IMG/VR virus record: IMGVR_UViG_3300017746_000001
Location: 64,785-128,784 of that record
DNA from: a virus
Length of the DNA: 64,000 nt
Reading direction: 5' to 3' (one strand)
Below the pieces are notes generated by a model. The model worked only from the letters and a program-made list of their open reading frames with translations, did no database searches and was not told where the DNA came from. Made by a program: the position numbers and the translations under genes. The first letter of the stretch is position 1. The number at the start of each line of letters is the position of its first letter. Shown one piece after another: positions 50,011 to 60,161 of the stretch.

Positions 50011-50087
50011 TGGCGGGTCTAGCAGGGTTCGAACCTGCGGCCTTCCGGTTAAGAGCCGGACGCTCTACCTGACTAAGCTATAGACCC
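50011..50087 (-). tRNA. tRNA-Lys (anticodon CTT), CCA encoded
   Basis: GGGTCTA acceptor stem, TCCGG-CTCTTAA-CCGGA anticodon arm, GGTTCGAACC T-arm, ends GCCA. Confidence 0.95.
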
Positions 50088-50782
50088 TTTTGACCCTCTG
50101 ACGAGGGTTTTGTCGTAAAACATTGTTAGTAGTAACATGTCGGTCTTTCCCGACTGTCTTTGTTTGATGAGATCAAGTCCCATCATGCGTATTTTATCAG
50201 CAATACATTATCAAACTTCCTCGGGCATAGCCCGCACAACATCTTTTCCCTCGACCTAATCGTTAGGGAAATTCGTAGCCTGATTTGTGTTCACCGTTAG
50301 GTGTGTTGCATATCTTCCAGAGGTTAGCTTCTACCAGATTTCTCATTCTCAGAGTCAAGTTACCTGTTGGTAATCCTGTTCTGTGAGGCTGGTTTCGCAA
50401 CGCCGCTTTCGCTTTTTCTCTCTCTCAATACTGCTGTAACGCATTTAGCGTATGTGTATGACACCCAATTCATCCCTAAATGGGGGCCGCCCGCCTTTTT
50501 GTTTCCAAAAATTGGACTTTGGTTTCTGTTCATTCCTCTCAAGGAGGAGGCAACTACGCCCCAAAGTGATTCCAACTAGGTTAATCTGCTAAGAAAAACC
50601 CATTTGGCGGGTTACTCATCATGCATTCGAGCGAGAATAAATCTCGGGATTACTTCGTGAAATGCATGAGTTATTAATCCGGTGTTCCATGTTACTCTCA
50701 CACATTCCTCAATGTTAGCACATTGCTTGTGTAAGTAGATCGTGTAGCCCCTCGGGGCAACCAGATGGAGAACTCTCGTTCT

Positions 50783-50889
50783 CACTATATAGGCCATCGG
50801 CCCTCTAGAAGAGAGCCAAATACAGCCTTTCAGGCGCTTTGACACGCCTTTACACTATATAGGCCAACGGCTCTCTAGAAGAGAGCCAT
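50783..50889. repeat. ~37-bp imperfect direct repeat x2, 70-bp spacing
   Basis: CACTATATAGGCCAWCGGCYCTCTAGAAGAGAGCCA. Confidence 0.85.
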
Positions 50890-50911
50890 AGTTAGTACCA
50901 TATAGAGTAAT

Positions 50912-51371
50912 TACTGTAGTATACGCCATCGGCATTCTTGAACTAGGGACATAAATGCCTCTATTTCGTGTCAAATTAGCCTGTTACCAGGCGTTTTTCG
51001 AACCGTATGGCGATCTGAAGCTATTCACTACAATAAGTTAGTAGTAAATAGCCGCTATACTGTAGCATACGCCATCGGCCTTCTTGAAGAACGGACATTT
51101 CGTACCGTTCTAACTGCAAATCTGCCTGTTTCCAGGTGTCTTCTGAACCGAATAGCGATCTAAAGCTACTTACCACTATAAGTTAGTAGTAAATAGCCGC
51201 TATACTGTAGCATACGCCATCGGCATTTATCAAACAAGCCCTAATAGACTGTTTTTTCGGACCCCTAGGTGATTTTCCTAAGTGATCTGATATTCTTAGC
51301 TCACATATTTGTAAATGTGTGCAAAGTTAATACCGAGTAGCACAATTGCTACTAATTACGCCATCGGCATT
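50912..51371. repeat. ~145-bp imperfect tandem repeats with TACGCCATCGGC cores
   Basis: GCCATCGGC at 50925, 51071, 51216, 51360; ATAAGTTAGTAGTAAATAGCCGCTATACTGTAGCATACGCCATCGGC present twice. Confidence 0.85.
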
Positions 51372-51399
51372 AATTAAGCAATCCCATTCTGACAGAAAT

Positions 51400-52296
51400 A
51401 TGGCTGATGCTCTGAGTATGGGACTTCGCTCTTTTGAAGGATTGAATTGCCCTGTAGGAAAACCTCCAGAGTGTATTTTTTCTGGAGGGGGCATCGAACT
51501 CAATACTGATGATAACAAAGTTTTGGACAATCCTTCCTGCCCAGTCTGTGGATTAACCCCCGAACTAATGATTATGGAAAGTAGTTTAACATTCGATTCT
51601 GAGGGGCGAGCAATAGCTCCAGTTACTTTATCACTTACAGGTTCGCAAAGAAATAGAAGAGAGTTTAGAAACAAACTAACTGAAATGCTACTTAATCCGA
51701 AATTCGAACTATCTGCAAATGCACAGGGTCAAGGTGTGATTTACTTCGAAAAATTGTTAGATGCAGGGTATCACAAAGGAGGAACTGGTTTAGATGCTGT
51801 CACTCATACATCGATTTATTTAGCAACTAGATTTGATTACAACTTTGTGCCGTTAGATCAGATAGTTAATTCCGATTCTATTTTGAAGAAGAAAGTTAAC
51901 AGGTTAGTGAAGAGAGCGATTAACGAGAAAGTAATAGAAAGACCTGTTGCTGAACCTTTATCTGTACTTAATTCCGTATTAGCGAGAAAACCTCAAACAT
52001 CAGAAGTAGAGAAGCGAGCAAGGGAATTATCTAGAATACATGTACCAGGACTTCGCCCCCAATATCATGCTGCGGCTTCATTGTACATGGCACTTAGAGA
52101 AAATAACTCTAGATGGGAAGAGTGGATGAGCCAGGAATCCGTAGGAGAGATTTTTCACATTGGCAGAAAATCAGTAGGTTTAGGCTACAAGGCTATATCT
52201 GAAAGAGTGAATCCAAAGGATAACCCCCCTCCTAAGTGGGAAACTGGTCCAGGACTAACTGCTTCTCAAATACGCCAATTAAGAAAGTTGAGGTAA
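51400..52296 (+). CDS. tfb: transcription initiation factor TFB/TFIIB-like protein
   Basis: N-terminal Zn ribbon (CP..C, CPVCG); two cyclin-like repeats (SIYLATR, AAASLYMALR); C-terminal SQESVGEIF HTH; TTAATTAA 30 nt upstream. Confidence 0.75.
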   Translation: MADALSMGLRSFEGLNCPVGKPPECIFSGGGIELNTDDNKVLDNPSCPVCGLTPELMIMESSLTFDSEGRAIAPVTLSLTGSQRNRREFRNKLTEMLLNPKFELSANAQGQGVIYFEKLLDAGYHKGGTGLDAVTHTSIYLATRFDYNFVPLDQIVNSDSILKKKVNRLVKRAINEKVIERPVAEPLSVLNSVLARKPQTSEVEKRARELSRIHVPGLRPQYHAAASLYMALRENNSRWEEWMSQESVGEIFHIGRKSVGLGYKAISERVNPKDNPPPKWETGPGLTASQIRQLRKLR

Positions 52297-52719
52297 TTTA
52301 TCCTTAGCTTGGTCTTTTTTCATGTGATGAAGCATGTAGTGAATATCTCTTCTTGAAAATTTACCATTTGGCAGTTTTTTGGCTGAAATCCACTTATACC
52401 TGATAATTTGCCCGTCATTTGCGTCAAAATCATCTAAACTAAGACCGTATAAATCCATAATTCTTTCTTGATCAACTTCTTCTTCGGGTATTAGCCCCCA
52501 GATAGTCTGCTTGTTTGAGTTGCTTGTTTCGTGATTCATTACTCTTGTATGCCCTGCTTTTGAGAATAAAGCAGGATAACTTGACAATACGCCTGCTATT
52601 GCTGACGAAGGCTCTCCTAGATGATCACTTATTGTTTCGAACTTGAGATCTTGATTTTCAAACTTAGCGAATACTTTTACTATTTTTTTAACGAGTGGGT
52701 TTTTTGCTTTCCTTCCCAT
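52279..52719 (-). CDS. wHTH-like hypothetical protein
   Basis: ORF; TAATG-coupled. Confidence 0.65.
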   Translation of the reverse strand: MGRKAKNPLVKKIVKVFAKFENQDLKFETISDHLGEPSSAIAGVLSSYPALFSKAGHTRVMNHETSNSNKQTIWGLIPEEEVDQERIMDLYGLSLDDFDANDGQIIRYKWISAKKLPNGKFSRRDIHYMLHHMKKDQAKDKLPQLS

Positions 52720-52925
52720 TAAAGTTCCCCCACTTCTACAGCCACACTTTCGCTGTGGATTTGTTCAATTTCTCTTTCTAGCTTACTGATATGCGCTTTC
52801 ATTTCCTCTTCCTCCCTAATTAGTCCATTGATGACATCATCAAAAGACAGATACGGCCATTTTTTCCTCTCGCACAATTTTTGATGTGTTTCTAATTGAA
52901 TAGAAACGACCTTCTTCGATGTCAT
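52719..52925 (-). CDS. small ribbon-helix-helix/antitoxin-like protein
   Basis: VVSIQLETHQKL...SFDDVINGLI. Confidence 0.6.
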   Translation of the reverse strand: MTSKKVVSIQLETHQKLCERKKWPYLSFDDVINGLIREEEEMKAHISKLEREIEQIHSESVAVEVGEL

Positions 52926-52965
52926 AATACCACCATTGATTATACGCTAATGGAATTGTCGTATA

Positions 52966-53238
52966 ATGAGTTCGATTACAATGCAAGACATAGTAATGAT
53001 TTTAGGGCACCTATACTTCCATTGGAATATGTCAAGTGAGGCGGAGGAGTGGAATCCAGTTATCATGCGATGCTTGTCTAGAACACGAGATTCAGAATTC
53101 TCAGTAGAGGAAGCATTCAATATTCGACAACAAATGAGGCGAAAGGGGTTGAACCCTGCGGCTATCGCATTACTTGTTCTTCAATTAGAAGATGTAGACC
53201 CTGTGAGGAAAAATGATGCCCTTGACGGCTATTGCTAA
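52966..53238 (+). CDS. hypothetical protein
   Basis: 90-aa ORF divergent from 52925. Confidence 0.55.
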   Translation: MSSITMQDIVMILGHLYFHWNMSSEAEEWNPVIMRCLSRTRDSEFSVEEAFNIRQQMRRKGLNPAAIALLVLQLEDVDPVRKNDALDGYC

Positions 53239-53363
53239 TCCCTTTTGTGGGCATAGCAAGGCAGAAGTAAGAGTTTTTCCCATTTTAGGAGTATCTTGTT
53301 CAGAGTGTAAAACCTGTGGACATATGTCGTTATCCATATACGACAAACACGCTTAGAGGTTTT

Positions 53364-56024
53364 GTGAACATAGGATTCGCCATCATAGGAAACCCGCCTT
53401 TTATGCCTACGGGCTACGGAACTCAATGCCGAATGCTAGGAGAATCTTTAGTTTCTGACGGTTTTCCCGTGTGCCATATTTCAGACTGGAGTTATTCAGG
53501 GTCAATAATGGATTACAACGGAGTAAAAGTATATCCTGTATCAGAATATCCAGGGACGCTGAAAAGTGATGATTTGGTCAAGAAGATTTCACATTTTGCA
53601 GCACAAGAGGATTTAGACGACATAATTACAATATTCCTAGGAGATCTGTGGAAATGGAATGGCTTAGGCCGATTCCCACCTAACTCAATCGTAATTTGTC
53701 CAGTAGACGGTTCGGGCTTAATTCCAAAAGAAGTGATGGAAATCGGTTCTTTTGACCATGTGGCTTCAATGTCAAAATGGGGTTCAGAGGTAATCGAAGA
53801 ATATACAGGAGCGCCCCCTCTTTACTTACCTCATGGATTCGACCCTGAGTTACAATCTGCTGTAGAGGATTTGTCCGTCAGAGTAATTCGTTCTAGATGG
53901 ACAGAATTGCTCACAAAGATGCGCGTTCCTCTCTCAAAAGGAGATGATGCTTTCATCGTGGGCTTCTTTGGAGATTTTTCCGTAAGGAAGGAACCAGAAA
54001 TTAATCTCCTAGGGTTTCGTATGTTTGTTGAATCACTCCCTATTGAAGAAAGAGAGTTTGTGAAGCTTTACTTGAAAGGAAAACCAGAACACCCTCAATC
54101 TCAAAGTTCTTCTATGTATCAATCAATAGGCATTCCTTCTTCCATGGTACTTACTGTAGCAGACTCCGACTCTCAGTTAGGTTTGACAACCGAGCAAATG
54201 GCTAGATTACTCAAAGGAGTCGATGTTTTGTTGCATTGCAGCAGTCAAGAAGGCTTTGGGATATTTCAAATCGAGGCTCAGGCCGTTGGAACACCCGTAA
54301 TCAACACTTCTTTTGGCCCTATGACTAATTTGAATGCTTTTTCTGATTTATGCCTTGAGGCCGTCAAATACAGAGAAGTAAATGGAGTGAAGTATGGGCA
54401 AGCAGATCCGAAGCATATTGCAGATAGGCTTGCTATGCTTTACCAAGAATGGAAAGATGAAACATTGTGGATAAGTCGCAGAACTGCAGTTAAGAACTGG
54501 GCGCAAGATTGGTCTTATCCTTCCGTGTATCGTAATACGATACAACCTGCACTTCAAAAAATTGTAGACGAATTGAAAGCACCTCGGATTAAGATTAGGC
54601 CGCCCATCGAAACCCACCATGTAGCCTTTGTTTCCACATTCGATACTGAATGCGGAATTGCCACATACACACGAATGCTTGCTAATTCTTTGATACAGAA
54701 CGGAGTAAAAGTGAGCGTACTAGCAGAAGTTACACCCGACCACCCAGTTAGCGATGAGCCTACTGATTATGACGGTATATCTGTCTATAGGTGTTGGAGT
54801 AGGAATGCTCCAAATTGGGTTTTAGCAGACGAAATACTAAACAAAATCCACCCAGATGTTCTTCATGCTCAACATGAATGGACTATGATTGGTCAGGCGA
54901 CTCAAGCTCTTGCTAATCTGATAAGTAATTTTGATGGCGCTAGAGCCATCACATGGCACACTCCCGACTTCCCCTCGAACGAAAGGGCTCGGAATACATT
55001 CATGTTGTTTGATTCAGTTTGTGATCTTCACATTTTGCATAATCGTTCGAAAGTGCCAATGATGGCATCTCAATGCATGAATGGAGTCACACATATTGAT
55101 CATGGGATTCTTTCCATTGAGCCGAATCCCAATGCTAAATCCATTGTTCAGGTAGGAGAGCGTGTTCCGATGTTATTCACCTACGGTTTCTTATCAGGCG
55201 GCAAAGGAGTTCATACATTCTTGAAGGCGGCACTAAAGGCTGTTGAAAAATCGCCTTACTTTGAAGTAGTTGCTTATGGAGGGGCTCACCCTAATTATCC
55301 CACGCATCCTGATTTACTCAAGGAATGTCACGATTTGGCCGACCAATCTGAACAGATTTACTTCATACCAAAATTGTTGTCAGAAGAAGAGATTGATTTA
55401 CATTGTAATGCTGCTGATTTCCTTGTTTTCCCGTATGAAGGAGAGTTGTTATCAGGTGGGTCAATTTCAAGTTCTTCTGGTGCTGTTTTCAGAGTTTTGG
55501 ATTCGGGCAAGCCAATTATCTGCAGCGACGAGGGTCGCTTGAGAGACATTATAGGAGGCATACATGGATGGAAAGTTGCACAGGGAGATTCTGAAAGCCT
55601 TTCTGAAGCTATCGCTGATGCAGTATCTTGTTATTTGTCAGAACCTTCTCGCTATAACAAGATGAGAGCGTCCGTAAAGCAATTGTCTCACAGGTTGTCA
55701 TGGGATAATGTGAGTAAGAGACATATCAATGCCTATAGAAAGGCCTCAAAGTTATGGGGTGTGTATTCTAGTAACCCTACCGCAGCATTTAGCGGCATTC
55801 AAGGCGAGCATATTGATTTCATGGATATTGAAACAGTTTCTTCAACCACGGGTTCGGAAGACGAAGAAATTACACAATTGGATAAAGGCGGTAATTTTGA
55901 TTTGAACAATTTACCTACACCGCCCCACCCTGATTCTCCTCTTTGGAATTCAGAAGATAGAAAAAAAATGATTGAACATATAGATAGCATAGGGGGTGAT
56001 TCCAATACCGGACAAGAATCTTGA
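53364..56024 (+). CDS. tandem GT-B (family 4-like) glycosyltransferase
   Basis: PTGYG, EGFGI...EAQAVGTPVI; second unit ECGIATYT, GFLSGGKG, FPY, SSGA; GTG 53364 is 29 nt after CATATACGACAA. Confidence 0.85.
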   Translation: MNIGFAIIGNPPFMPTGYGTQCRMLGESLVSDGFPVCHISDWSYSGSIMDYNGVKVYPVSEYPGTLKSDDLVKKISHFAAQEDLDDIITIFLGDLWKWNGLGRFPPNSIVICPVDGSGLIPKEVMEIGSFDHVASMSKWGSEVIEEYTGAPPLYLPHGFDPELQSAVEDLSVRVIRSRWTELLTKMRVPLSKGDDAFIVGFFGDFSVRKEPEINLLGFRMFVESLPIEEREFVKLYLKGKPEHPQSQSSSMYQSIGIPSSMVLTVADSDSQLGLTTEQMARLLKGVDVLLHCSSQEGFGIFQIEAQAVGTPVINTSFGPMTNLNAFSDLCLEAVKYREVNGVKYGQADPKHIADRLAMLYQEWKDETLWISRRTAVKNWAQDWSYPSVYRNTIQPALQKIVDELKAPRIKIRPPIETHHVAFVSTFDTECGIATYTRMLANSLIQNGVKVSVLAEVTPDHPVSDEPTDYDGISVYRCWSRNAPNWVLADEILNKIHPDVLHAQHEWTMIGQATQALANLISNFDGARAITWHTPDFPSNERARNTFMLFDSVCDLHILHNRSKVPMMASQCMNGVTHIDHGILSIEPNPNAKSIVQVGERVPMLFTYGFLSGGKGVHTFLKAALKAVEKSPYFEVVAYGGAHPNYPTHPDLLKECHDLADQSEQIYFIPKLLSEEEIDLHCNAADFLVFPYEGELLSGGSISSSSGAVFRVLDSGKPIICSDEGRLRDIIGGIHGWKVAQGDSESLSEAIADAVSCYLSEPSRYNKMRASVKQLSHRLSWDNVSKRHINAYRKASKLWGVYSSNPTAAFSGIQGEHIDFMDIETVSSTTGSEDEEITQLDKGGNFDLNNLPTPPHPDSPLWNSEDRKKMIEHIDSIGGDSNTGQES

Positions 56025-56337
56025 TGATGATTTAGCAGCAGAACAGCAGATGATTGCGGAGGTTCGAGATTTCCTTAATCGAGATAGAACCAACAGTTCG
56101 ATATTCGACTTGAATAATGATGGATTAGTTGATTTCGACGACCTTAGAGATGCTTTACTGCGGTTTGAATGGATTATTTTTAGTGGCGTATTATTGACCC
56201 TGTTGCCGATCCTCAATTGGCTTGAAATTACATCTATCGATGGCGATTTGTTTTGGTCTTTGGCAGGTTTTTGCTTGCTTATCGAGGGGTTGATTTCAGT
56301 TTATCAAATTAGAAATATGACAAGGAGGAAGAAATAA
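55996..56337 (+). CDS. membrane protein with EF-hand-like loop
   Basis: DLNNDGLVDFDD plus two hydrophobic segments. Confidence 0.7.
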   Translation: MIPIPDKNLDDDLAAEQQMIAEVRDFLNRDRTNSSIFDLNNDGLVDFDDLRDALLRFEWIIFSGVLLTLLPILNWLEITSIDGDLFWSLAGFCLLIEGLISVYQIRNMTRRKK

Positions 56338-56657
56338 TGAGTTACAAGAGATTGTTTCGATACCTGGTAATGATTATGCTTGGAGGATTAGGTTTATTCA
56401 ATTCATATAAATTGGAGTTGAGATATGAAACTAATAGTAACTTAGAATTGTTATGCCAAAACGGCATAATTGTTTCTAGTATCGTAATTATTTACTTTGC
56501 ACTAGCATTTATGGTCGAAATTTTGTTGAGGAGGAATTTGCATTCGAGAAAACCGAGAGTTCGGCAGCGTAAGTTCAAGAAAAACACCCCTTTGGAAACA
56601 GAAGAGGTTATCGGGGCTCAAGAATTCTATGAAAAAGAGACTAAGGAGGAAGAATAA
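56337..56657 (+). CDS. membrane protein
   Basis: two hydrophobic segments; TAATG-coupled. Confidence 0.7.
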   Translation: MSYKRLFRYLVMIMLGGLGLFNSYKLELRYETNSNLELLCQNGIIVSSIVIIYFALAFMVEILLRRNLHSRKPRVRQRKFKKNTPLETEEVIGAQEFYEKETKEEE

Positions 56658-57448
56658 TGAAAGTAAGTGTGATTTGTATTACTGCTAGAGAAACACCAGG
56701 ATTGGGCAGACTTCTTGATTCCTTAGTTTCTCAAACATTTCCAAAAGAAGACTTCGAACTCGTTTATGGTGATAGATTGTGGGAGTCAAGAGAATCCGAG
56801 GTCAAGGCTTTAGCTTCAGAGTATCAACTTAACTTCACTTATGTTAGAGACATACCGACCAAAGAAGGCCCTTGCCCTGCAGGTGCGAGAAATGCTTGTG
56901 TTGATGTCGCGAAAGGAGATTGGATATTGTCCATAGATGATTTAACATTCCTAAAACCAGATACCATACAACAGCATTGGGATTTATATTTATCTGGGTT
57001 CGATTCCGTGGCAGGATCGTATCTTTCTTCTACTGGTGGCGAAGAGTTTGTGATAGATGATGCACGAATTACAAACGAAGGGGGAGTGGTTAGTCCTACT
57101 GATCTAACGGTTTGGTTATCATGGTGGGGACTGCATACTGCATTCTCGAAAACAGCCTACGACAAGATAAACGGCTATGATGAGACATTTGATGGCGTTT
57201 ATGGCATGGAAGACATAGACTTCGGCCATCGTTTGAAGATGGCAGGATGCACTATGGCATGGGAACCAAGTATTCTTGTCCTTTGCGATAAAGGCCCAAG
57301 TCACAAGGACACGCACTCAACACTTCTCAAAGAAGGCGCACCTACCTCTTGGGCTCGAGGTAGCCTTAAGTGGAGGAACGATAAGTTGATTGATTACAGT
57401 CGGGCGATGAATGTCGTAAGAGGCAAAAAGGAGGTGAAGAATAGATGA
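56657..57448 (+). CDS. GT-A (family 2) glycosyltransferase
   Basis: VSVIC, ARN, SIDD, GYDETF..YGMEDIDFG.RL. Confidence 0.88.
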   Translation: MKVSVICITARETPGLGRLLDSLVSQTFPKEDFELVYGDRLWESRESEVKALASEYQLNFTYVRDIPTKEGPCPAGARNACVDVAKGDWILSIDDLTFLKPDTIQQHWDLYLSGFDSVAGSYLSSTGGEEFVIDDARITNEGGVVSPTDLTVWLSWWGLHTAFSKTAYDKINGYDETFDGVYGMEDIDFGHRLKMAGCTMAWEPSILVLCDKGPSHKDTHSTLLKEGAPTSWARGSLKWRNDKLIDYSRAMNVVRGKKEVKNR

Positions 57449-57615
57449 AATTTAGAACTACATCTGGAATGACTGAGTTCAATAAAAAATATATTTCCGC
57501 ATGGACCGAGCATAAAGATGGTACAGATGTTTTCATGTTGTGCGGTAGTGTATTCACTATCGTTAGAATGGAAAGAGAAATGTTCTCCGAATGGTGCCGA
57601 GGTGAGACAGTATGA
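57445..57615 (+). CDS. 56-aa small protein (not in ORF track)
   Basis: ATGA overlaps at both ends; GGAGGTG SD. Confidence 0.6.
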   Translation: MKFRTTSGMTEFNKKYISAWTEHKDGTDVFMLCGSVFTIVRMEREMFSEWCRGETV

Positions 57616-58229
57616 GCGATACTAGGTTGAATGTTGACCAATGGGATGCTCATTGCCCCATTTGCAAAGAGATTGTAGCCGAAGAAAGTTGGCCTAGACT
57701 ACTAAAAGATAAAATGAAGGATGCTCAAATGGAAGCACCTCCTTGCCCTTTCTGCGGTGCTGATATTGAATATAATTACTTGACTGTTCCTAATAAGGCC
57801 ATGAGGGGAATGACACATAACATGATTATTTCCTGTCCTTCTTGTGGTTCAGGCCATTTCTATGAAGGCATAGATGTTTTGACTAATAGAGCTAAGATTG
57901 TTTTGAAGATGCCTCCTGAGTACGACTTTAAGCAAGCGCAAAAGCAAATAGATCTTGCAGGTGATGAAGAATCTAGAGAAAGAGCAAAGAAACATGCTCA
58001 GGACTGTTTGATGCTTTCTGCGTTTTTCAGAATTCAAAATTTCCCTTGCCTTGACGATGGTTGGGATGCAATGGGGTATGGTGTCAGACCCCTAGAAAGA
58101 ACCGAAATTATGAATAAATTCTATGTTTGGACTAATAAAGAGGCAGTTGGCGAAGCCAATCAAGACGATAATCCACTCAAGAAAACCCCTAGAACAAGGA
58201 AATCCAAGAAGAAAAAGAAGTGGTGGTAG
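57612..58229 (+). CDS. Zn-ribbon protein
   Basis: CPIC, CPFC, CPSC. Confidence 0.7.
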   Translation: MSDTRLNVDQWDAHCPICKEIVAEESWPRLLKDKMKDAQMEAPPCPFCGADIEYNYLTVPNKAMRGMTHNMIISCPSCGSGHFYEGIDVLTNRAKIVLKMPPEYDFKQAQKQIDLAGDEESRERAKKHAQDCLMLSAFFRIQNFPCLDDGWDAMGYGVRPLERTEIMNKFYVWTNKEAVGEANQDDNPLKKTPRTRKSKKKKKWW

Positions 58230-58271
58230 GGTTGTGTCAGGTTTATACGACAATGACGGTTGACTTGATAC

Positions 58272-58421
58272 ATGCGTGAACCATACATCAAGCTAGCCCT
58301 AAACTTTAGTGATGCAGACGGAAACCCAGGAGTCATTCAGACTGAATGCGCTCCCAATGTGGTTGGAGAAGCCTGGGAATCATTGAAGCAACAGGTAGCA
58401 GATCTCCAAAAGAAAGAATGA
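58272..58421 (+). CDS. 49-aa small protein (not in ORF track)
   Basis: ATG 30 nt after TTTATACGACAA. Confidence 0.5.
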   Translation: MREPYIKLALNFSDADGNPGVIQTECAPNVVGEAWESLKQQVADLQKKE

Positions 58422-58456
58422 GAAATCCCTAAACCCTAAGCCCCCCTCGGAGGGCT

Positions 58457-58753
58457 ATGGTTGGACGACTCGGGGCTCATGCAATGATGCCCACCTTTAC
58501 TTTAATGGAGCCTTCCGACATACAGGAAGATTTCCATTTGTCAAGTTTATCCAGTATGGATGAACTTCCTAAAATTTCAGTTGACGACCCTGCGATAATT
58601 AGCCTCAAAGTTGAATTAGATATGAATAATGAGGAATTATCAGGTAGAGTAGTAAAATTCCTACGCAGATCACTCAAGGCAGGCATAGCACCGTTCTATC
58701 GTCAAATTGTTGCGACACCAATTGCGAAAGAAGATAGAATATGGAGTGTGTAA
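58457..58753 (+). CDS. rpoH: RNA polymerase subunit H (Rpo5/RPB5 C-terminal domain)
   Basis: HAMMP, LPKISVDDPA, GRVVKFLRRSLKAG...YRQIV. Confidence 0.85.
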   Translation: MVGRLGAHAMMPTFTLMEPSDIQEDFHLSSLSSMDELPKISVDDPAIISLKVELDMNNEELSGRVVKFLRRSLKAGIAPFYRQIVATPIAKEDRIWSV

Positions 58754-58754
58754 G

Positions 58755-59402
58755 ATGCAACCCCACTCAGCAGTAAATGATTCTAACTACGATTCTATAG
58801 CTTCCCCTGTAAGCCCATGGGTAAAGGGTGAAAGTCACGCTACCAGGATGAGGCGTGTCGATAACATGAGAAGAATTTCATATTCTCCTTCACTTCAACC
58901 AGAAGGTACAATGTCTGGAGTAAAAAACCTGTTTGAAGGATATGGAATGGGTGCTTTACTATTTACAGGACTGTGTGGCGCAGCATTTGGAATTAAATCT
59001 GGTAAACCTACTGGGAGCAAGAAGAGTAGAGAAGCAGGCAAAACTGGTATTCAACAGTCTGCCCTTGCGGGGTTATTAATTGGGGGCATCCATGCAGGAA
59101 CAACCCGTGACCCACTTCTAAGTGTTAATACTGAGAGTTTAGTCAGGACATTAGTCCCATTACCTTCACCTAACATGAAAGGATTGGGGCATCCAGTAAA
59201 CAACTATGGAGAACCCTCTAGCAGTTATTCTTTCCCGAAATATAGTACAGAGAGAGGAGAGGATATGGCTACAATGCTTGTTTTGTTCCCATTAATAGGA
59301 GCATTGGGGCATGGAATTGGCAGGTATTTTCTTCTCAATGCAATCTATTCTAAAGATACAATACCTGCATTTAAGACAATTTCTAAGAAATTAAAAGTTT
59401 AG
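58755..59402 (+). CDS. membrane protein with Gly-rich hydrophobic segments
   Basis: first ATG after the rpoH stop. Confidence 0.65.
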   Translation: MQPHSAVNDSNYDSIASPVSPWVKGESHATRMRRVDNMRRISYSPSLQPEGTMSGVKNLFEGYGMGALLFTGLCGAAFGIKSGKPTGSKKSREAGKTGIQQSALAGLLIGGIHAGTTRDPLLSVNTESLVRTLVPLPSPNMKGLGHPVNNYGEPSSSYSFPKYSTERGEDMATMLVLFPLIGALGHGIGRYFLLNAIYSKDTIPAFKTISKKLKV

Positions 59403-59443
59403 GTTATATTCAAACGGCTTTAACGCTTCGTAAGGCCGATAAC

Positions 59444-59902
59444 ATGGGACGAATGCTAGAAGAAGGCGATCAACTTACATTAAGAATTTTTACTCTGCTA
59501 CTGGTCAATTCATTTTTGATTGGTTCGGCTGTGGCTATGCATGCACAAGGATTGTTCTTCCCAAACGAGGGGAGTTGGACTGCAGTTGGTGTTCAATGGA
59601 TGATGGCGGCAGTTACAGTACAAATGATTGGCTTTATGCTCTACAAGGTATTCTTCCAAGAGCGTCTTGAAGATCAATCTTACATTCAGAATTTGATGTA
59701 CCAGACTAGAAGGAACACTAAGATGATGAATGCGGAGCTTCAGAAGTTCACAATAGGACTAGAAATGGAGCAGAAACAGAGAGAGATGGAAAGAATCATG
59801 TCACAAATGCAAGGACAGACCCCTACTACCGTTGACGACCCCCATGTTCCCGAAAATCCCCAAATAAGCCTTGCACCCGATGTAAGGAATAACTTGAGGT
59901 GA
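59444..59902 (+). CDS. membrane protein (2 TM segments plus coiled coil)
   Basis: TTCAAACGGC upstream. Confidence 0.75.
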   Translation: MGRMLEEGDQLTLRIFTLLLVNSFLIGSAVAMHAQGLFFPNEGSWTAVGVQWMMAAVTVQMIGFMLYKVFFQERLEDQSYIQNLMYQTRRNTKMMNAELQKFTIGLEMEQKQREMERIMSQMQGQTPTTVDDPHVPENPQISLAPDVRNNLR

Positions 59903-59906
59903 GATA

Positions 59907-60128
59907 TTGGGCGTGTTGGATAGCAGGTTATTCCCTGATGACAACGATTTACGAATGTCTCATATGGCTGATGCTTATGCATTTCGCTCTCTTTGGGATT
60001 TGAGAATATATACAATCAAAATATGGGTCTATACTGGAACAGCATCAGTAGTTTCTATCCTAGGCACTTCCATAGCAGAAGAATTCTTCGACTTTTCTCT
60101 TTTCAGTTGGTTGCTTGGACTCTCGTGA
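59907..60128 (+). CDS. small membrane protein
   Basis: TTG start after GAGGTGAG. Confidence 0.65.
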   Translation: MGVLDSRLFPDDNDLRMSHMADAYAFRSLWDLRIYTIKIWVYTGTASVVSILGTSIAEEFFDFSLFSWLLGLS

Positions 60129-60161
60129 AACTTCAAACGGCAATAACCCTAGCACATACCA

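Noticed and set aside
50098-50130. CTGACGAG as a hammerhead ribozyme core
   Set aside because: No correctly placed stem II and GAAA; it is better explained as a simple hairpin.
49164-50845. ORFs 49164..49457, 49195..49548, 50360..50575, 50367..50579, 50612..50845
   Set aside because: Atypical composition, no motif or SD, and they overlap structured or repeated DNA.
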